A DNA stretch of 60,708 nucleotides, the filler included, from Dugesia japonica (Eukaryota): NCBI GenBank assembly GCA_001938525.1. It is 6 parts of 6 records of this genome, joined end to end, with 100 filler letters (N's around TTAATTAATTAA, not from the genome) between each part and the next. Parts side by side here need not be neighbours in the genome. Positions count along the whole stretch, not along the records: positions 1 to 11,085 come from MQRL01646174.1; positions 11,186 to 19,737 come from MQRL01477707.1; 4 more parts are not named here. One strand, given 5' to 3'. Position numbers and translations under genes: made by a program. Under the pieces are notes generated by a model that saw nothing but the letters and a program-made list of their open reading frames with translations, had not been told where the DNA came from and did not search any database. Positions 1 through 11,332 of this stretch are shown piece by piece. Positions within the stretch are counted from its first letter, which is position 1, and the number at the start of each line of letters is the position of its first letter.

Positions 1-27
1 TTATTTAGTAAATAACAAATAAATTAC

Positions 28-458
28 TTCACCAGATGCATTGATATTACATTTGTTCTCTATCAATATTTTCATAATATCAATATGACCATTCTTACAT
101 GCCAAATGTATTGGTTGAGATCCATTCTATGTAAATATTTAATCATAATAATAAAAATAAAAAATACATTAGTGCATGAATCAATTTCACAATGATTGGA
201 TAATAACAATTTCACCAATCCAACTCGACCATAATGACATGCATGATGTAAGGGACTCCACGAACTTTTCTAAAATTTAAACATTTATTCATCAAATTTG
301 TCTAAATCAAATATTTTTACATCTCTCATCTCAACATATTCAATTTTGAATTTATTTTCAATTTTTCCATCAGAACCAGATTTAATAGATTCAATAAATA
401 ATTGGAAATCACTGAAAATTTATTTGTCAAATAACAAAATGGTTCATTCTAACCTCAT
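28..458 (-). CDS. Ankyrin-repeat protein, 5' part (continues beyond the window start)
   Basis: Manually spliced exons 458-454 (ATG AG), 411-321, 269-168 and 126-28, with GT-AG introns of 42, 51 and 41 nt. Translation: MSDFQLFIESIKSGSDGKIENKFKIEYVEMRD-KSSWSPLHHACHYGRVGLVKLLLSNHCEIDSCTN-NGSQPIHLACKNGHIDIMKILIENKCNINASGE. Two canonical ankyrin repeats (SPLHxAC..G...V.LLL). An in-frame TAA lies upstream of the ATG. Confidence 0.88.
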
Positions 459-673
459 TTGATGTACAAGAATTTGCCTATTTCCAATTTTCACTCGTTA
501 TTTAACTAAATTGTTAATAAAAATTTATTTATTTAATGTGTTATAATAACAATTATTTACAAACACTGATAAATATTTCATTACATAAAATAATCACTTT
601 GATAAATTTTAAATTGTTTATTTATTTAATATTATTGTTTATAACTACTAATTTGTTAAAACTTTCTAGCAAT

Positions 674-683
674 CTGATTGGTT
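674..683 (-). promoter_or_regulatory. Candidate CCAAT/NF-Y box upstream of the ankyrin gene
   Basis: AACCAATCAG on the minus strand about 215 nt upstream of the ATG at 458. The same decamer also occurs at 7111 and 21190, so it may be chance or repeat-derived. Confidence 0.35.
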
Positions 684-829
684 AATATAATTTAAATGAA
701 ATAAATCATTGTTCTAAGTGTATAAAGTGTATTGCATAAATTGTGAAATTGTGTAAACACAGAAATACGATACAAACATATCTTTAAAATTTAACAAATT
801 TTTTAAATTTCCAATTACAAATAGAATTA

Positions 830-1300
830 TTGCGAGAATAATAGTTGGACAATTAACCATTGATCGCGTTTGAGATTTGATTAAATTAAAAATGTTTGAA
901 GATTTGACTTTCTTTTTGTTTGAGATGTTCCTTAATTCTTGTTCGTACGGTTCTGCATGTTTCACCTATGTATGTATCTTTACAAATAGTACATGTTATT
1001 TTATTAGCGACATCAAGTATAAATGAAACCAAATTATATTCAAAACGCAAGAATTTTTGGGCATATAATTGCTGAAACCACGACTAAGTTTTGTGGTCCC
1101 AAATACATTTGTGATGGTAGAAATGAAATATACAATAAGAAAAATTAGTTAATCAATGTAGATTATAAATAAAGTAAATTATCCAAAATTATCCAATAAA
1201 ATGAAAATAGTTTTGTAAACCTTTCTAGAGTTACATCAATCAAGAAATTAAATTCCTCAAACGCGATGAATGGTTAATTGCCCAACAATTATTCTCGCAA
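830..1300. mobile_element. Tc1/mariner-type MITE (471 bp)
   Basis: 45-bp terminal inverted repeats at 830-874 and 1256-1300 (TTGCGAGAATAAT.GTTGG.CAATTAACCATT.ATCGCGTTTGAG, 3 mismatches), flanked by TA on both sides (828-829, 1301-1302). Confidence 0.85.
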
Positions 1301-1379
1301 TATTTTGAAAAATTAAAATTATTTTGAAGTAAAATATAAGATTTACATTGGCAGGCCCAGTTCCAGATATTTGGCGGTC

Positions 1380-2940
1380 AAATTTCAGAGGCAATATCAT
1401 TTTCGATTGAAATTTGTGCTAAGCCAACAAGTCTGTTTTATGCCATTGTTGAACGTAAGTATGTCTTAATTAGTTTTAATTTGGAAAAACTGCGTTCGGC
1501 TGATGCCACCGTTATAGGTACTGTTAATAAAACCCGGAAAGCAGTCATAAAATTTGGAAACATGTCTTGCAATCTGCTGTCGTATATAAACCTTATAATT
1601 TCTAGCGGAGTATCGTTATCTGGTGACACATGTGATAATGATTTCAGTTCAGTAAATAAATTAAGTTCTTCAATATCAGATTCGGATTGAGTTTCAAGTT
1701 TATACGAATCACCAGACACAGAAACAGAAAGTATCAAACTTAGCTTCATGCAGATTTTCATCAGAGCAATATTTTAAGTCCGAAATATGATTGATAATTT
1801 ATCAACGGTCCAAAACGATCGTTTAAAGACATTACTACTTGGTCCATCAATACGTTAAAAAAAACCGATTCTAAATTTTTCTTCTAAATTATGTATTGAC
1901 TCTTCTTTGGCTTCAAAAGAAAAAAAATTGGTTCGTTTTCTTCGAATAGACACAGCTGGAGAAACATGGTTCCTTCTGTAGACATTTCTAATTCTTTTGC
2001 TGATATTTTTGAACCATGGCAACCGATTTCTTTGAATTCCACAAGAAACTTGTTTACTTTTTTTAATAATTTCAAACAATTGTCTATTTCTATTTTATCA
2101 CTTTGCATGATTTTGTTTAATACATTCACTTGTGATTAAATGCCATATCAAACACACAAAGTAACTAAAAAAGTAAAATTTCCAATTGCTTTTGTAAGAG
2201 AAATGCTTTCTGTCCGACATTTTTGATCATTTGCGGTTTCGGAAATTTCACCCAATACATCATAATTATCACTTGCACCATTTTCATATCAGAAATTGAT
2301 AATCCTAAATTATTGAGTTTTTGTAGTAATCCTACTGTTAATCTCACTGTTAATCCCACTGGTAATCCTGCTGTCAATCCCGCTGGTAATCCTACTGTTA
2401 ATCCCATGTTAATCCTACTGTTAATCCCCTGTTAATCCTACTGTTAATCTCATTGGTAATCCTACTGTCAATCCCCTGTTAATCCTACTGTTAATCCCGC
2501 TGGTAATCCTACTGTTAATATAGTACTTTCTTTGACTTTCTAAAATTCTGCAAAGCGTTCAACGATATTAACAGCGTTGTCTTTTATTTCGACGAATCGA
2601 AGTATTTCTGTCACTTGTTCTAGATGGCTGATATCTGGTGTGCAATCCTATATGATTGAGTAGTATTTTGTGTTTCTAATTCCCAGCATTATTTCTTTTA
2701 CAACTCTGCTACTAATTAATTGTATTAATTCATTTTGTATGATTTTGCCTAAATAATGTTCATTAATTTTGTTTTTGTTAATTCGATGATAATGTTCTAG
2801 CATGACAAGATCAAACTTGGCTATCAATTGAACTTATCTTAAGAAGTTCTCATTATTAGGAGTGTTCAATTTTTCATCAGTCCCTCGAAAAGCTTAATTT
2901 TTTTGATGCAAAAATTGGATTATTTCAATGAGTCGTTCTT
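1380..2940 (-). pseudogene. Degenerate hAT transposase (ZMYM1/DUF4371-like with C-terminal hAT dimerization domain)
   Basis: ORF 1438-1761 contains FPNFMTAFRVLLTVPITVASAERSFSKLKLIKTYLRSTM. Upstream frameshifted pieces include NVLNKIMQSDKIEID, LLQKLNNLGLSI and a YYSII..CTPDISHLEQ-like segment. Confidence 0.88.
2328..2518. repeat. 12-bp minisatellite (AATCCTACTGTT consensus) inside the hAT transposase
   Basis: About 16 degenerate units, some 10-11 bp long. It produces the spurious ORFs 2165-2407 (-) and 2223-2435 (+). Confidence 0.9.
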
Positions 2941-2949
2941 TTGTAAAAT

Positions 2950-3270
2950 AATTATAAATTTATTTTGAGAAATTATAAATTATTTTGAAAAATTATAAAA
3001 TTATTTTGAAAAATCATAAAATTATTTTGAAAAATTATAAAATTATTTTAAAAAATTAAAAAATTATTTTGAAAAATTATAAAATTATTTTAAAAAATTA
3101 AAAAATTATTTTGAAAAATTATAAAATTATTTTAAAAAATTAAAAAATTATTTTGAAAAATTATAAAATTATTTTGAAAAATTATAAAATTATTTGAAAA
3201 ATTATAAAAGTATTTTGAAAAATTATAAAATTATTTTGAAAAATTATAAATTAATTTTAAAAATTATAAA
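2950..3270. repeat. AT-rich ~21-bp tandem repeat (AAAAATTATAAAATTATTTTG)
   Basis: Directly visible tandem units. Confidence 0.9.
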
Positions 3271-3454
3271 CATAATATTAAAAATTATATTAAAAATTTT
3301 TGTAAACATTTATTTTATTTAGACAATTTTTCTTTATTAATATGTTACGGCCGGACGGTCGATTTAATATAAATAGGGGAACAAATTTTAATTCTGCACC
3401 ATTTTTAATTCACTAAAAGAGTTGAGGTTTTCTGAACCAAAACTCAGTGAAAAA

Positions 3455-4135
3455 ATTATTAATAATAAAAAATAATAAAAATTAATAATAAAAAATTTAT
3501 AATAATAAAATTAATAATAAAAAATTAATAATTAATTAAAAATAAAAAATTTATAATAAGAATATTAATCAAAATTAATAATAAAAAATTAATAATCAAT
3601 TAATAATAAAAAATTTATAATAATAAAAATTANNNNNNAATTAATAATAAAAAATTTATAATAATAAAAATTATTCAAAATTAATAATAAAAAATTAATT
3701 AATAGTAAAAGATTTATAATAATAAAATAATTAAAAATTAATAATAAAAAATAATAAAAATTAATAATAAAAAATTAATAATTAATTAATAATAAAAAAT
3801 TTATAAATGATTAATAATAAAAAATTTATAATAATAAAAATTAATAATTAATTAATAATAAAAAATTTATAATAATAAAATTAATAATAAAAAATTAATA
3901 ATTAATTAAAAATAAAAAATTTGCAATAAGAATATTAATCAAAATTAATAATAAAAAATTTATAATAATAAAAATTAATAATTAATTAATAATAAAAAAT
4001 TTATAATAATAAAAATTATTCAAAATTAATAATAAAAAATTAATTAATAGTAAAAGATTTATAATAATAAAATAATTAAAAATTAATAATAAAAAATTAA
4101 TAATTAATTAATAATAAAAAATTTATAATAAGAAT
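3455..4135. repeat. Compound AT-only minisatellite (AATTAATAATAAAAAATTTAT variants)
   Basis: Directly visible, almost purely A/T, with internal higher-order repetition. Confidence 0.85.
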
Positions 4136-5579
4136 ATCTTAAGGTTAAATAAGGCACAAAATATAAGTGTTATATACGATTACTTGGATTATTTAATATT
4201 TAATTAAACTCACGCAACTGTTGATTTGGATTCGCTATAATCACGAATTCATCTCAACAAGATTAAAGAACGAATTAATTAAGATCATTTTATCGGTAAC
4301 ATTGGTAACAAATGATTTAATTAACTATAATTTAGCTGATGTTTTATGATGATTGGTAGTTGGGTTTGGAAAACTCCTCGTATTATGAATATCAAAATCC
4401 GAATTCATAACAATACTTTATTAAAATCAAAACTATAGCCAACATTAATTGTTAAACAAACAAATTAAAATCATGTGTTTTAATTGGTGATCTTCTTTTC
4501 TAAAATATAATTAAAAATTTTCTTCATTAAATCTCAGCTTATTTTTAAAATTTTATTTATTAAAAAATTAAACTTTATTATTCAATAATTTTAATTTNNN
4601 NNNNNNNNNNNNNNNNNNNNNNNNNNNNNNNNNNNNNNNNNNNNNNNNNNNNNNTTTAGACAGAAAATTTTAAAAAATAAGATCACCAATCACACAAAAA
4701 TTTCAACTTGCTTTTCAAAACTGCTCACAATGATATTTAATAATCGAATAACAAAATGTTATCTTCTCTCGATAGGTCGGTATTTAAAGAGGTTGTTTGA
4801 GAATGAAATCTATAATATCGAATGATTTTAATTGTTGTCCTGAATGGCCGAAATTAATTTTAGATTTTCAGGTAAAATTTTCTGTGGAATTAATTAAGTT
4901 TCCTTTAAAATTTATAGTTGTAATTGTAATAGTTGTAACCCCACGATAAGCAAGAATTCAATATCAAGACTTCAAGAGAAATTAAGTAGAAGAACCTCAA
5001 AACCAAGCAATTAAATTTACTTATTAATATAATTGCAAATTATGCATATTAATTGTAACCAATAATAATAGCTATTTCCATTTTAAATATAGCTAATAAA
5101 TATATTTGTTTGTATCCGCATATTTTAATGTACATGGCATCCAAAAAAAGTTTCCCTTATAGTAAATATAATAAAATTATTTTAATAAGATTGTAAATCC
5201 TTAACTCAAAAAGCTGTAATAATTATCAATAGTAAACAATCCAACAGTGTCCGGCTGTTAAAATATTATATTTCTCATTATATTTATATTATAATTATAT
5301 TATTATAATTATATTATTATAATTATATTATAATTATATTATAATTATTATATAATCATTATAATTATATTTCTCATTTCAAATCCTAAAAATTTGATCA
5401 AATAAAAATGGATATTTTGGAAATATTTTAATAGAAGTATTATAACCAAAATATTTTAATTATTAATTTAAAATAATTTTTTTAAATAATATTAATTGCT
5501 AATAGTTTTCCAATATTAGGATTATTAATTGTGATAAATATTGTGGAGACTTTGTAATAAATTAATATTTTCTCTTATA

Positions 5580-6375
5580 TTGTTGTTGTGAAGGACTCTC
5601 GTAAAGAAAGGTTGCAAGTATTTTTGCTAAATTCTGGCTAAAAAACTAAGTGATTGTGATGAAAGGTCTCTGGTGAACATATATAAGAAAAGTCCTTTTA
5701 TAAAATCAAGATAAATCGCAGGCAAATTTTAATGAATAATTTGGAGATGAAAAATAAAAATTTTACGCGAAGAAGTTCTCATTATTTTGTTGCTAATAGG
5801 AAGCCTTTTCTGACCAAAAAATGATCTCAAAGAGACTCAAATGGTGGAGAAAATATGACAACATCCCAAAAGAATTTTTGATAAAGTTCATATTTTCTGA
5901 TGAATCCATCATTGAGTTCAAAATTGGCAATAATGGACAATTTTTTCGAGGATTTTCAATACAAACACAATTCTAAAGACAATTCATTAAGCATCTTATC
6001 AAATTGATTTTCTCTGAATTAATCAGTGCAATAAAAATAAGAAGACTCCACATCAATGTTTCGGAGAAAAGATTATTGTTTTTTATAACTGAAATTGATT
6101 CATGTCATAATTTACCACTAGACCGCCTACCGTGTCATACCTTAAGAAAATCTTTTGAGTAGATTTATTGATCTGGCGACAGTTCTGATCGATCGTTTTT
6201 GTATGTTTCTTAAAAAGAAAGTTGATAAAATGGCTCTAACAACGATTCATGAGCTGATTTCTACCCTGATTGTTTGAAATCATAAATTAGAACACTTCTT
6301 ATTAGCAAAACTTGCTGATTCGATGCAAAACCGAATAAAAAAAACTTTGAAAGCCAAATGAAATGTGACGAAATA
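5580..6375 (+). pseudogene. Degenerate Tc1-family transposase
   Basis: Frame pieces ANRKPFLTKKMISKRLKWW...KFIFSDESIIEF (KPLL..R..W..VIFSDES motif) and C-terminal KLADSMQNRIKKTLKAK (compare LV.SMP.R..AVI.AKG). Confidence 0.75.
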
Positions 6376-6685
6376 ATAAAATATTTACACAAAATTTTGT
6401 TATTTAGATAAAAAAACTAAACAAATTAATTATTGAGGGAAAATGCCGTATCATAAAGACAGACCAGAAGCTGTCATGTTGACAATTCGAACAAGGAAAA
6501 TAGAATTTATATCTTGTCAACCAATATCAAACAATATAAAACCATTTATTAACGATTTATTGACTCCAGAGCAATCGAAGTGTTCCAGTGCAGACGTTTT
6601 ATTAAATAATTCAATTTTTGACATTTTGCGACGAAGTTTCATTTATTTTTAGATTTTATTAAAATTGATGTTGGAAAATCAAGAT

Positions 6686-6803
6686 AATTGATTTATTAAT
6701 TGATTTATTAATTGATTTATTAATTGATTTATTAATTGATTTATTAATTGATTTATTAATTGATTTATTAATTGATTTATTAGTTGATTTATTAATTGAT
6801 TTA
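6686..6803. repeat. 12-bp tandem repeat (AATTGATTTATT)n
   Basis: About 10 near-perfect units. Confidence 0.92.
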
Positions 6804-7458
6804 TAAGTGATCATGGCATAATTATTATTTGTTAATATTTGTGTTTCTTTTTCTTGATAAATCTATATTTAATGGTAAAATTATAATAATAAATATAATC
6901 AATGATTATATTTTATTTAGAAACAAGAATTCTTTATTAATAAATGATTTCTAATTGATTTTCAAGTGATCATCACATAATCATTATTTTTATCATTTGT
7001 TTAACTATGTATTGATGAATCTATATTTGACTTTACTTATTTGCAATATTTTTTTGCTGCAATATTTATTCAAACCTTGGAAAATAATTAATTAACCTTT
7101 ATTTAAGTGTAACCAATCAGAACAAAGAGTAAATTTTCTGCTTCATTTCGATTAAGAAGGATACATTTTTGTAGTGAATATGTTTTGAAAAGCTAGTTGA
7201 AATTTTTGTGTGGTTAATGATCGTTTTTCTTGAAATTTTTTGAAAAATATTTAAATTAAATGACGAATAAGTAATTGTTTTTAAAATTAAGTTTTAATAA
7301 AAAAATTGAAAATTTATTTTAAAATCTGAATAAAAAATCAAATGACTTTAAATAGATTTTAAAAGATTTTAAGAAACGATCATCAATTTAAAACAGGAAT
7401 GTAATTTCTTTAAAAACACAATTAGTGTTGTTATAGCTTTTATTTTGAAATAAATTTT

Positions 7459-8495
7459 ATGGAGTTGAATTTTTATGTTAATAATCCGAGTTCTCAAAAC
7501 TCATCTAACATTGTGGCAATCACGGAGAGATTGTTGCCAAAAATATTTTGCAGAGGCGATGATCTAGGAAAGTTTATTAAACGGTGTGAAATATACTTTG
7601 AGGCAAAGAACATTTTTGTTAAGAAAGATCAAGAACGTTGGGTAACATGTATGCTTCATGAGATTTAATGGAAGCATATGTGAAGACATTTACAGAATCT
7701 TGTAAACTATCAACGAGGTGATGAAGAACTTGAGGTATTTTTTAAAAAAGTGGTGGATTTAAAGAGTTCATCTTGCTTTAATAAAAACGATTGAAATAAC
7801 ATATAAAGGTTTTTATTAATATACTCATTTAGTTGTTTTAAATCATTAATATACAAATCGATTTCAAATTGAAAATAATGTTAAGTTACAATCGTATAAT
7901 AATAATTAATTTTTATTTGTTCAACAGAATCATCCTTTTTAAAGGTATGAAAGCGAATAGCAAAAGTTTTATCACCAATATATTTACTAGTATTAAGACT
8001 TACAATATTAGCCTTCTGTGTTACATTGGCACTATATTCCGAATTTTCTATAGTATCAAATGATAAAGTGTGGAATTTAATATCACTACTAAATGTTATC
8101 GTATTTTTATTCTTTGCTTGTATATCTGTTTCCATATTATGTTGATATTTGTTTACAAGATAAGAAAAAGCAGGTCTGGGCTGAAATTTTACCAGAAATA
8201 GAATTTATGTTGAACACCACAATTCAGAGAACGACGAATGTAGCTCCAGCTGAAATAGTTTTTGGGAAAATTTACACAAAAAATGGATTGTTAGGAATGA
8301 TAAAAACAATGTAAATGAAAGAAATCTAAAGCGTAAAAGAATAATAAACAATTTAAATAACTATGAAAATTTCAAATATTTACAAAAGAACAATACAATT
8401 AGAAAATTTAATATTGGTGACGAAGTTTTAATTAAAAGAGAAAGTCCTCATACAAATGAAAACAGATATGAAGGACCATCAATGATTATAGCTTT
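7459..8495 (+). mobile_element. Ty3/Gypsy retrotransposon relic (gag N-terminus and integrase C-terminus)
   Basis: Gag-like LPKIFCRGDDLGKFIKRCEIYFEAKNI (7459-7668). Integrase-like WAEILPEIEFMLNTTIQRTTNVAPAEIVFGK, followed by RKFNIGDEVLIK...RYEGP (GPY/F module). Confidence 0.75.
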
Positions 8496-9691
8496 ATGAT
8501 CAAACTTTATTAATCAAGATGGATGAATTGATTGATAATTCTTTTCCATTCATTTGGAAAATAAATTGATCTCTGAGTAAAAATCTAAAATACTATTTAT
8601 CCTAACTCTTTAAATATAAAGAAATAAATATTGTGCTAATCTGGTTTTATTAATTCAAAAAGAAATGGAATATTAAGAACTCTTGGTAGTATACAAAAAC
8701 ATTATTTCCTTGATAAACCCATAGAATTTTGTTTTAGCTTGAATAAATTAACAAATCAAGTATATTTAATAATTCAAAGATATTATAATATACCTTATTT
8801 AAATTCATATATTGAATAATGATATTTCAAAAGAATTACCTCAAAATTTTACTCAAAAGCAAAAAATTTTAACTTTTTATAGAAAACCAAGAGATTATAC
8901 TCTTTAATTTGATAAATTAGAGTATGCATAGGTTATCGAATAATTTGCCCTTGAATTTACTAATGACAATAATTTTGTAAGAAGCATTAAAAGAATTATC
9001 TGGCATAGCTTTCTTTTAACAAGTCATGACTTTTTTTCGAATAGTAGAATTTAAAGAGCATTGAGCATTTCCAAACATCTTGTGGTTGTAGCAAATCTTA
9101 TTAGTAATCATGATACTCGAGTTTACTAGAATTTTGGACCACGGACAGAAGTCTGTCCTGCATTTGGCAGGCTGAAATTTTTAGCAAGTCTGAACCTTGA
9201 TTTTCATAATTTTTTATATTATTAATAAAATCTGAACTTAAATTACCTTCTTTTGACATAACTATATTAAATAGCTATTTAATGAAGTTATTAATTAATT
9301 AAATTTTAACTTGTTTTAGTATTAAGAGTTCAGTAGTAGACAAACAGGAATAAAAATTTTGATTTTAAAAATGAGTTTTTAATAATTATTTTATTTATTT
9401 GAATAGTCTAAATAAATTATACCATAAGAATAAATAAAAATTCTTTTGGAAAAGTTGGTTTTAAGCAATTTTTATCATTTCTAAATTTACATTAAAAAAC
9501 AGTATGTAAATGACTATTTCAAGTGACTCTGATTAGGAGATTCTTTCTTTTCATTTCTTGTTTTAATATTCCTGTATTTTCAGTAAATTCAAGAATAAAA
9601 TTTTTATTTTANNNNNNNNNNNNNNNNNNNNNNNNNNNNNNNNNNNNNNNNNNNNTTATTATAGCAATTATATAAATATACATTCAAAAAA

Positions 9692-11085
9692 ATGAAGTTT
9701 TCTTTAATTTATGGAATAATAGTAATTTTCCGATTTATTATTCATTTAAATACACAACCAGGTTATATACATCCAGATGAATTTTTCCAAACTATTGAAA
9801 TTTCTGCAGGTAGTTGATCATTATTGATTATTATAATAATATTTATCTGTAGGTGAAGTGTTAAAATATGAAGTTTTCAAACCATGGGAATTTGATTCAG
9901 CATTTCCAATACGTTCGAAAGCGATAATCGAATTATTTCTGAATATTCCATTAAAGTTTTACTTACAATTGAGAGAAATTTTATCTCATTTAGTGAATAT
10001 TCCATTTGATTTGCTGACATTTTGTCGACTTTGGACCACGTTTTGTTCTCTTATTATCGACTACAATATTTATGTTCAAAGCAAATATTTCCGAATCAAT
10101 TACAAATTAGCTCTGTTTCTGCATTCCACCAGTCATGTTTCTATGGTTTTCCTGTCGAGGACGTTCTCGAATGTCTGGGAAACTCAATTGTTATCATTAT
10201 TTGTCATAGCAACCACCGTCAAGGGTCGAGGTGGAACATCGGATGAAATTTTGCAAGGAATTATTATTGCTGTCGGGATTTTCTGTCGTCCGACGTTTTC
10301 TATATTCGTTCTGCCGTACGTGCTAATGAGAATTATCGATCTGTGCCGCTGCTGCTGTGATATGAAGCGAGTCTGTCGCTATGGTTTCAATGGTCTGATT
10401 GGATTCATCTCTGTCACGGTGGTTCTTATCAGCTGCGATACAATCAAATACGGCAGTAGCGATCCAGTTGTGACGCCTCTCAATTTCATCAGGTACAACT
10501 CGAACTCTACCAATCTCGAGGAACACGGGCGTCACCCTCGGTTCCTCCACGCGCTAATCAATGTTCCGTTAATGATTGGACCTCCGCTAATGATCCCGCT
10601 GGTGATTGGTGTCGTCAAGAGAGCTCGCAACACACAATTGTTGCTGATTGCGGCGCTGCTGGTGCCGCTCGTGCTGCTCTCGCTGTTTCCTCATCAAGAA
10701 ATGAGATTTCTCCTGCCAATCTTCCCCGCTGCGGTGCTGCTTGCCACCGCAAATATCAATGGCAAATCACTCACAAAACTCATTCTCATCCTCCACGTTC
10801 TCTTCAATCTCGTATCGATCGTGTTCTGGGGCTACTTGCACCAAGGTGCCGTTTTGAGTGCCGCTGGCATCGCGAGGAGGCAAATCATGACGACAACAGC
10901 GACAAATCACCACAGCAACAGCAACAGCAGCACGTGCCATTTGGTGGTCGTTTACAAATCATTCTTGCTGCCGAAATTTCCATTCGAACAACAACAAAGA
11001 GATTCTCCTGCTTCCTCTCGTCTCAAATTCGGTTGCAATCGATCGATTCTGTCGGTTCACAATCTGGTTGGATTGAGCGACGAGT
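9692..11085 (+). CDS. PIGZ: GPI alpha-1,2-mannosyltransferase 4 (PIG-Z/Smp3, GT22 family), 3'-truncated by the scaffold end
   Basis: Exon 1 is 9692-9809 (MKFSLIYGIIVIFRFIIHLNTQPGYIHPDEFFQTIEISA), then a 43-nt GT-AG intron (9810-9852), then exon 2 from 9853. Family motifs GYIHPDEFFQ, PWEF...PIRS, RTFSN..E, G.F.RPTF, TPLNF.RYN..NL..HG.HPR.LH and PHQE.RFLLP are present, with multiple transmembrane segments. Confidence 0.93.
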
Positions 11086-11185
11086 NNNNNNNNNNNNNNN
11101 NNNNNNNNNNNNNNNNNNNNNNNNNNNNNTTAATTAATTAANNNNNNNNNNNNNNNNNNNNNNNNNNNNNNNNNNNNNNNNNNNN
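11086..11185. other. Artificial scaffold-joining spacer (N44-TTAATTAATTAA-N44)
   Basis: Exactly 100 nt with a six-frame stop cassette. Identical spacers occur at 19738-19837, 28432-28531, 38644-38743 and 47393-47492. Confidence 0.97.
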
Positions 11186-11332
11186 TGTAAACATATTATA
11201 CAAAGAATCATCAGAAAATATCAAAACTAAACGAAACCATCTGAAAAAGTTATTATTTCACAAATATTAACACAAAAATATATATTCAATGGATCACAGT
11301 TTGAAAACTAGTTCTAACAGAAAGACATCATT

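Noticed and set aside
3343-4444. Possible solo LTR (TGTTAC…CCAACA)
   Set aside because: The flanks (TAATA and TTAAT) give no convincing TSD, and there is no second copy in the window.
11130-11141. TTAATTAATTAA as a biological motif (piggyBac target or PacI site)
   Set aside because: It is always centred in exactly 44 N on each side, so it is an assembly linker.
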